Shown here: positions 60,832 to 64,000 of the stretch, piece after piece
How positions within the stretch are numbered: position 1 is the stretch's first letter
Layout of the letters: each line of letters opens with the position of its first letter
Assembly: GCF_004010195.1 (NCBI RefSeq)
Contig: NC_057750.1
Coordinates: forward strand, 9,176,457 to 9,240,456
DNA length: 64,000 nt
Reading direction: 5' to 3'
From: Chiloscyllium plagiosum
Taxonomy: Eukaryota
Notes under the pieces: model-generated
What the model was told of the DNA's origin: nothing
Database searches by the model: none
The model's input: the letters and a program-made list of their open reading frames with translations, nothing else
Position numbers and translations under genes: made by a program

Positions 60832-61509
60832 AACACATGTAAACCTGAAAGACTGGAACTGCTCAGAACATGTGAATATGTGTCATCATAAGATGGACTT
60901 CAGCAAAATCAGAAATCAAAACTGTGCATTTCAGAATATTGTCGGCCATTTTCTCTGACCTATATCAAAATCAAAGCACGCCCTGAAATCATGTACGCCC
61001 TGAAATCGACAGAAGACGGTATTTTGGTATAGTCACATTATATTCAATACTGTTTGACTGGCACTTTGACGTTCCTTGCTCTTCTTAATAATTGCTTTCC
61101 TTGAAAATTTTTTGACAGCTATATTAATTCTACTGACTAAATGATCCATTTTCAAAACTGACATGGTGGCATTTACCTAGCCTGTCACTACTGAGCATGT
61201 TCATGGAGGGCATACTTCAGTCACATGGTTGGCACCAATGGACAATTTAGGCATCATATTAAAGTAATCCAGGGGGCAAGGAGTGAACAATGGTTTGAGG
61301 TACCTATCTCTCCAATTGGCTTATCAACATAAAATGAAGGTGTACCATGGACAAGCAACAGACCTCAGCTGGAATATTAGAATATGCAGTTCTGGGTGCC
61401 ACATTATATGAAAAATGTGAACGCATGGGAGAGAATGGAGATGCACTTCACAAGAATTGTTCCAGTGATGAAGTACTTCAGTTACCCTTTGAATTAACTA
61501 CCTCAAATT

Positions 61510-63000
61510 TAGTCAGAGATCAGGGAGAGGGGGTGTGGCTACAAGCGAGGTAGGTAGAGGGATCCAGGAGGTAATACTGAAGGAGCCTCAGTCCTTGAGC
61601 TCATCTAACAGGTTGGAGATTCTAGCTCCATGTGTTGACGAGAGTGGGGGCTAGAGGGAGGATGCGCAAACTGATGATAGCAATGTGACACAGGGAGCTA
61701 TTCAAGAGTGGGGAGAAAGGAGACATGTAGTTGGTGGAGTTCCGAAATGGAGACTAGTGGTGTTCTGCAGGAGTCACAACTATTCACATCATACTTTAAT
61801 GATCAGGGCAAAGGAACTGAGGGCATGGTTTTTAAGTTTGTCAATGACAAAAAGTTAGGAGGAGGGATAGGTAGTGTTGAGGACGGGGAGAGGCTGCAGA
61901 AGGACTTGGACTGGTGAGGAGAGTGGGCAAAGAAAGGACAATGTGGGGAAGTGGCTTACTGGTTAGCACTGCTGCCTCACAGCACCAGGGACCCAGGTTC
62001 GATTCCAGCCTCAGGCGACTGTGTGGAGTTTGCATGTTCCCCTCTGGGTGCTCTGGTTTCCTCCCACAGTCCAAAGATGTGCAGGTTAGGGTGGATTGGC
62101 AATGCTGAATTGCCCATAGTGTTCAGGGATGTGTAGATTAGGTGCATTAGTCAGGGGAAATGTAGGGCAGGGGAATAGGTCTGGGTGGGATACTCTCCGG
62201 AGTGTTGGTGTGGTCTTGTTGGGCTGAATGGCCTGTAGTGATTGGGCCACATTGTAGTGAGTCTATGAGTGGAGGTGTAGACTATTCTCTAAATGGGGAA
62301 AGGCTTTGGAAATCTGAAGCACAAGGGGACTTGGGAGTTCAAGTTAAGGATTCTCTTTCAGGTTAACGTGCGGGATCAGTTGGCAGTTAGGAAGGCAAAT
62401 GCAGGGTTAGCATTTAGTTTGAGAGGGCTAGAATACAAGAGCAGAGATGTACTGCTGAGACTGTATAAGGCTCTGGTCAGACTGCATTTGGAATGGTGTG
62501 AGCAATTTGGATCCCTGTCACTAAGGAAGGATGTGCTCACCTCGGAGAGAGTCCAGAGGAGGCTTATAAAAATAATCCTGGGTATGGAGCGCTTGTCATA
62601 TGAGGAGCAGTTGAGGAGTCTAAGTCTGTATTTGATGGATTGTGAAAGGATGAAGGGAGAGCCCAGTGGATAAGTGGACATGGAGAAGATGCCTCCACTA
62701 GTAGGAGAGACAACATCACATCCTCAGAGTGAAGGGACGATCTTTCAGAAGGGAGTCGAGGAATTTCTTAAGTCAGTGGGTGGTGAATCTGGAGAACTCA
62801 TTGCCGCAGAGGGCTGTGGATGCTAAGTCACTGACTGAATTTAAGACAGAGATGGATAGGTTCTTGATGAGTAAGGGGATCAAAGTTTGCAGGGAGAAGG
62901 CAGGAGGATGGGGTTTTGAAACATAAGATGCCATGATAAAATGGCGGAGCAGACTCGATGGGCCAAATAGTCTAATTCTACTCCTGTAACCTATGATCTT
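61510..63000 (+). mobile_element. Degenerate CR1 LINE pieces (ORF1-like, RT, 3' end) with nested HE1-like SINE (61950-62268)
   Basis: SSSNRLEIL (ORF1-like), TSGVLQ...FNDQ...FKFVNDKKLGG (RT), LLRLYKALVRLHLE...ERVQRR, VNLENSLPQRAV. Confidence 0.85.
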
Positions 63001-63904
63001 ATGAGGTTAGGTTGAAGAAGTTGAGACTGTTCTCCTTGGAGAGAATAATGGCAAGAGAATATTTGAAAGAGGTTTCCAAAATCATAGATAGTTAGAGAGA
63101 AACCATTCCCGCTCCTAAAATGAAGAAGGACCAGAGGGCACAGATATAAAGGGATTTGCAAAAAGAGGTAATGTGAGGCAAGAAAAAGACTTGCTGTGAC
63201 AGCGAGGAGTTCAGATATGGAACGCATTTCCTGTGGAGGCAGGATCAATTGAAACATTCAAGAGGGTACTGGATGGTTTTTTGGATAGAAACAGATTGCA
63301 AGCACATGGGGGAAGAAACAGGGGATAGACAGAGGTAATGATGCGTATTCAAAGAGCCAGTGCAGACAAGATGGGCTGAATAGCCTCCTTCTGCACAGTA
63401 ACATGTCTGTGAATGTGAACAGACCTACTTGGTACTGTTCCAATTCCATCATGGAACCACCCTCCAACACACGTCTAACAGAGTTCCTCTCCTCCTTTCT
63501 TGGTGTGCCAGATCAGGCCAAGGTGCCTACAGTCTCAGGATGAATACTATATTTATGAAAGGTCATTCCCTCAGTTTATTTATTGTAAACTAGGCTGGAA
63601 ACTGGGATCAATTACAGCAAGCACAAGGAAAGAAATGGGAATGGAGAGGAGAAAGCTGCAATTCTCTGTATTGTAATACTGAGACCCAAAGGTGAAAGGC
63701 TCGAAACTCAATACACAGACAACTACATGATCCCAGGTTGAGGTGCAAATGTAGGGTGAGACAATTGGCCTGTGAACCCTTAGGTTATGGAGGTGGAGAG
63801 ACCAGGCATCTCTGGTTCCTTACCCCAATTTAGTGCTCCATGTTGGGATGTTTGGATGGCCAATGAGGACAGGATCGGGATTGGCCATGGTGCCTTCCTC
63901 AGTC

Positions 63905-64000
63905 AAATCCTTGGTCAGAGCATTGTGTATAGGATATGGGACATCTTGTTGCAGCTGTACAAGACATTGGTCAGGTCATTTTTAGAGTACTGCATACAGT
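63905..64000 (+). mobile_element. CR1 LINE fragment running off the window
   Basis: ILLQLYKTLVRSFLEYCIQ. Confidence 0.8.

Noticed and set aside
63429..63515. Possible upstream minus-strand exon (SGTPRKEERNSVRRVLEGGSMMELEQYQ|GTAGGT)
   Set aside because: No convincing in-frame acceptor, and its phase does not match the downstream exons.

Overview
Repeat-dense eukaryotic DNA, almost certainly from a cartilaginous fish (shark). This is inferred from the abundant tRNA-derived HE1-like SINEs, CR1/HER1-like LINE fragments and SacSINE1/DeuSINE-like relics. There is no complete protein-coding gene, and nearly every ORF in the track is an artefact of repeats. The only credible host-gene signal is the 3' end of an unidentified minus-strand gene near 57.9-58.4 kb: two short spliced exons encoding ...ANQPNLLFEDNEVYEQEGSNSEL*, followed by an AT-rich 3' UTR with AATAAA. 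The rest resembles an intergenic region, with short unique islands (candidate conserved non-coding elements) between transposon debris. Highlights: (1) three families of short Penelope-type pLTR elements carrying minimal hammerhead ribozyme cores, often as inverted repeats. One core looks intact (38699-38727) and one element has a 16-bp target-site duplication. (2) An interstitial telomeric tract built from two higher-order repeats grading into pure TTAGGG. (3) Non-autonomous retroposons with a Rex1/Babar-type 3' tail and an internal GC-rich VNTR (SVA-like layout), one expanded to about 4.7 kb. (4) Several minisatellites that each amplify a transcription-factor-like motif (AP-1, M-box/CLEAR-like, nuclear-receptor half-sites). 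Repeat boundaries are approximate (read by eye). Two N-gaps indicate a draft assembly, so array lengths may be unreliable.
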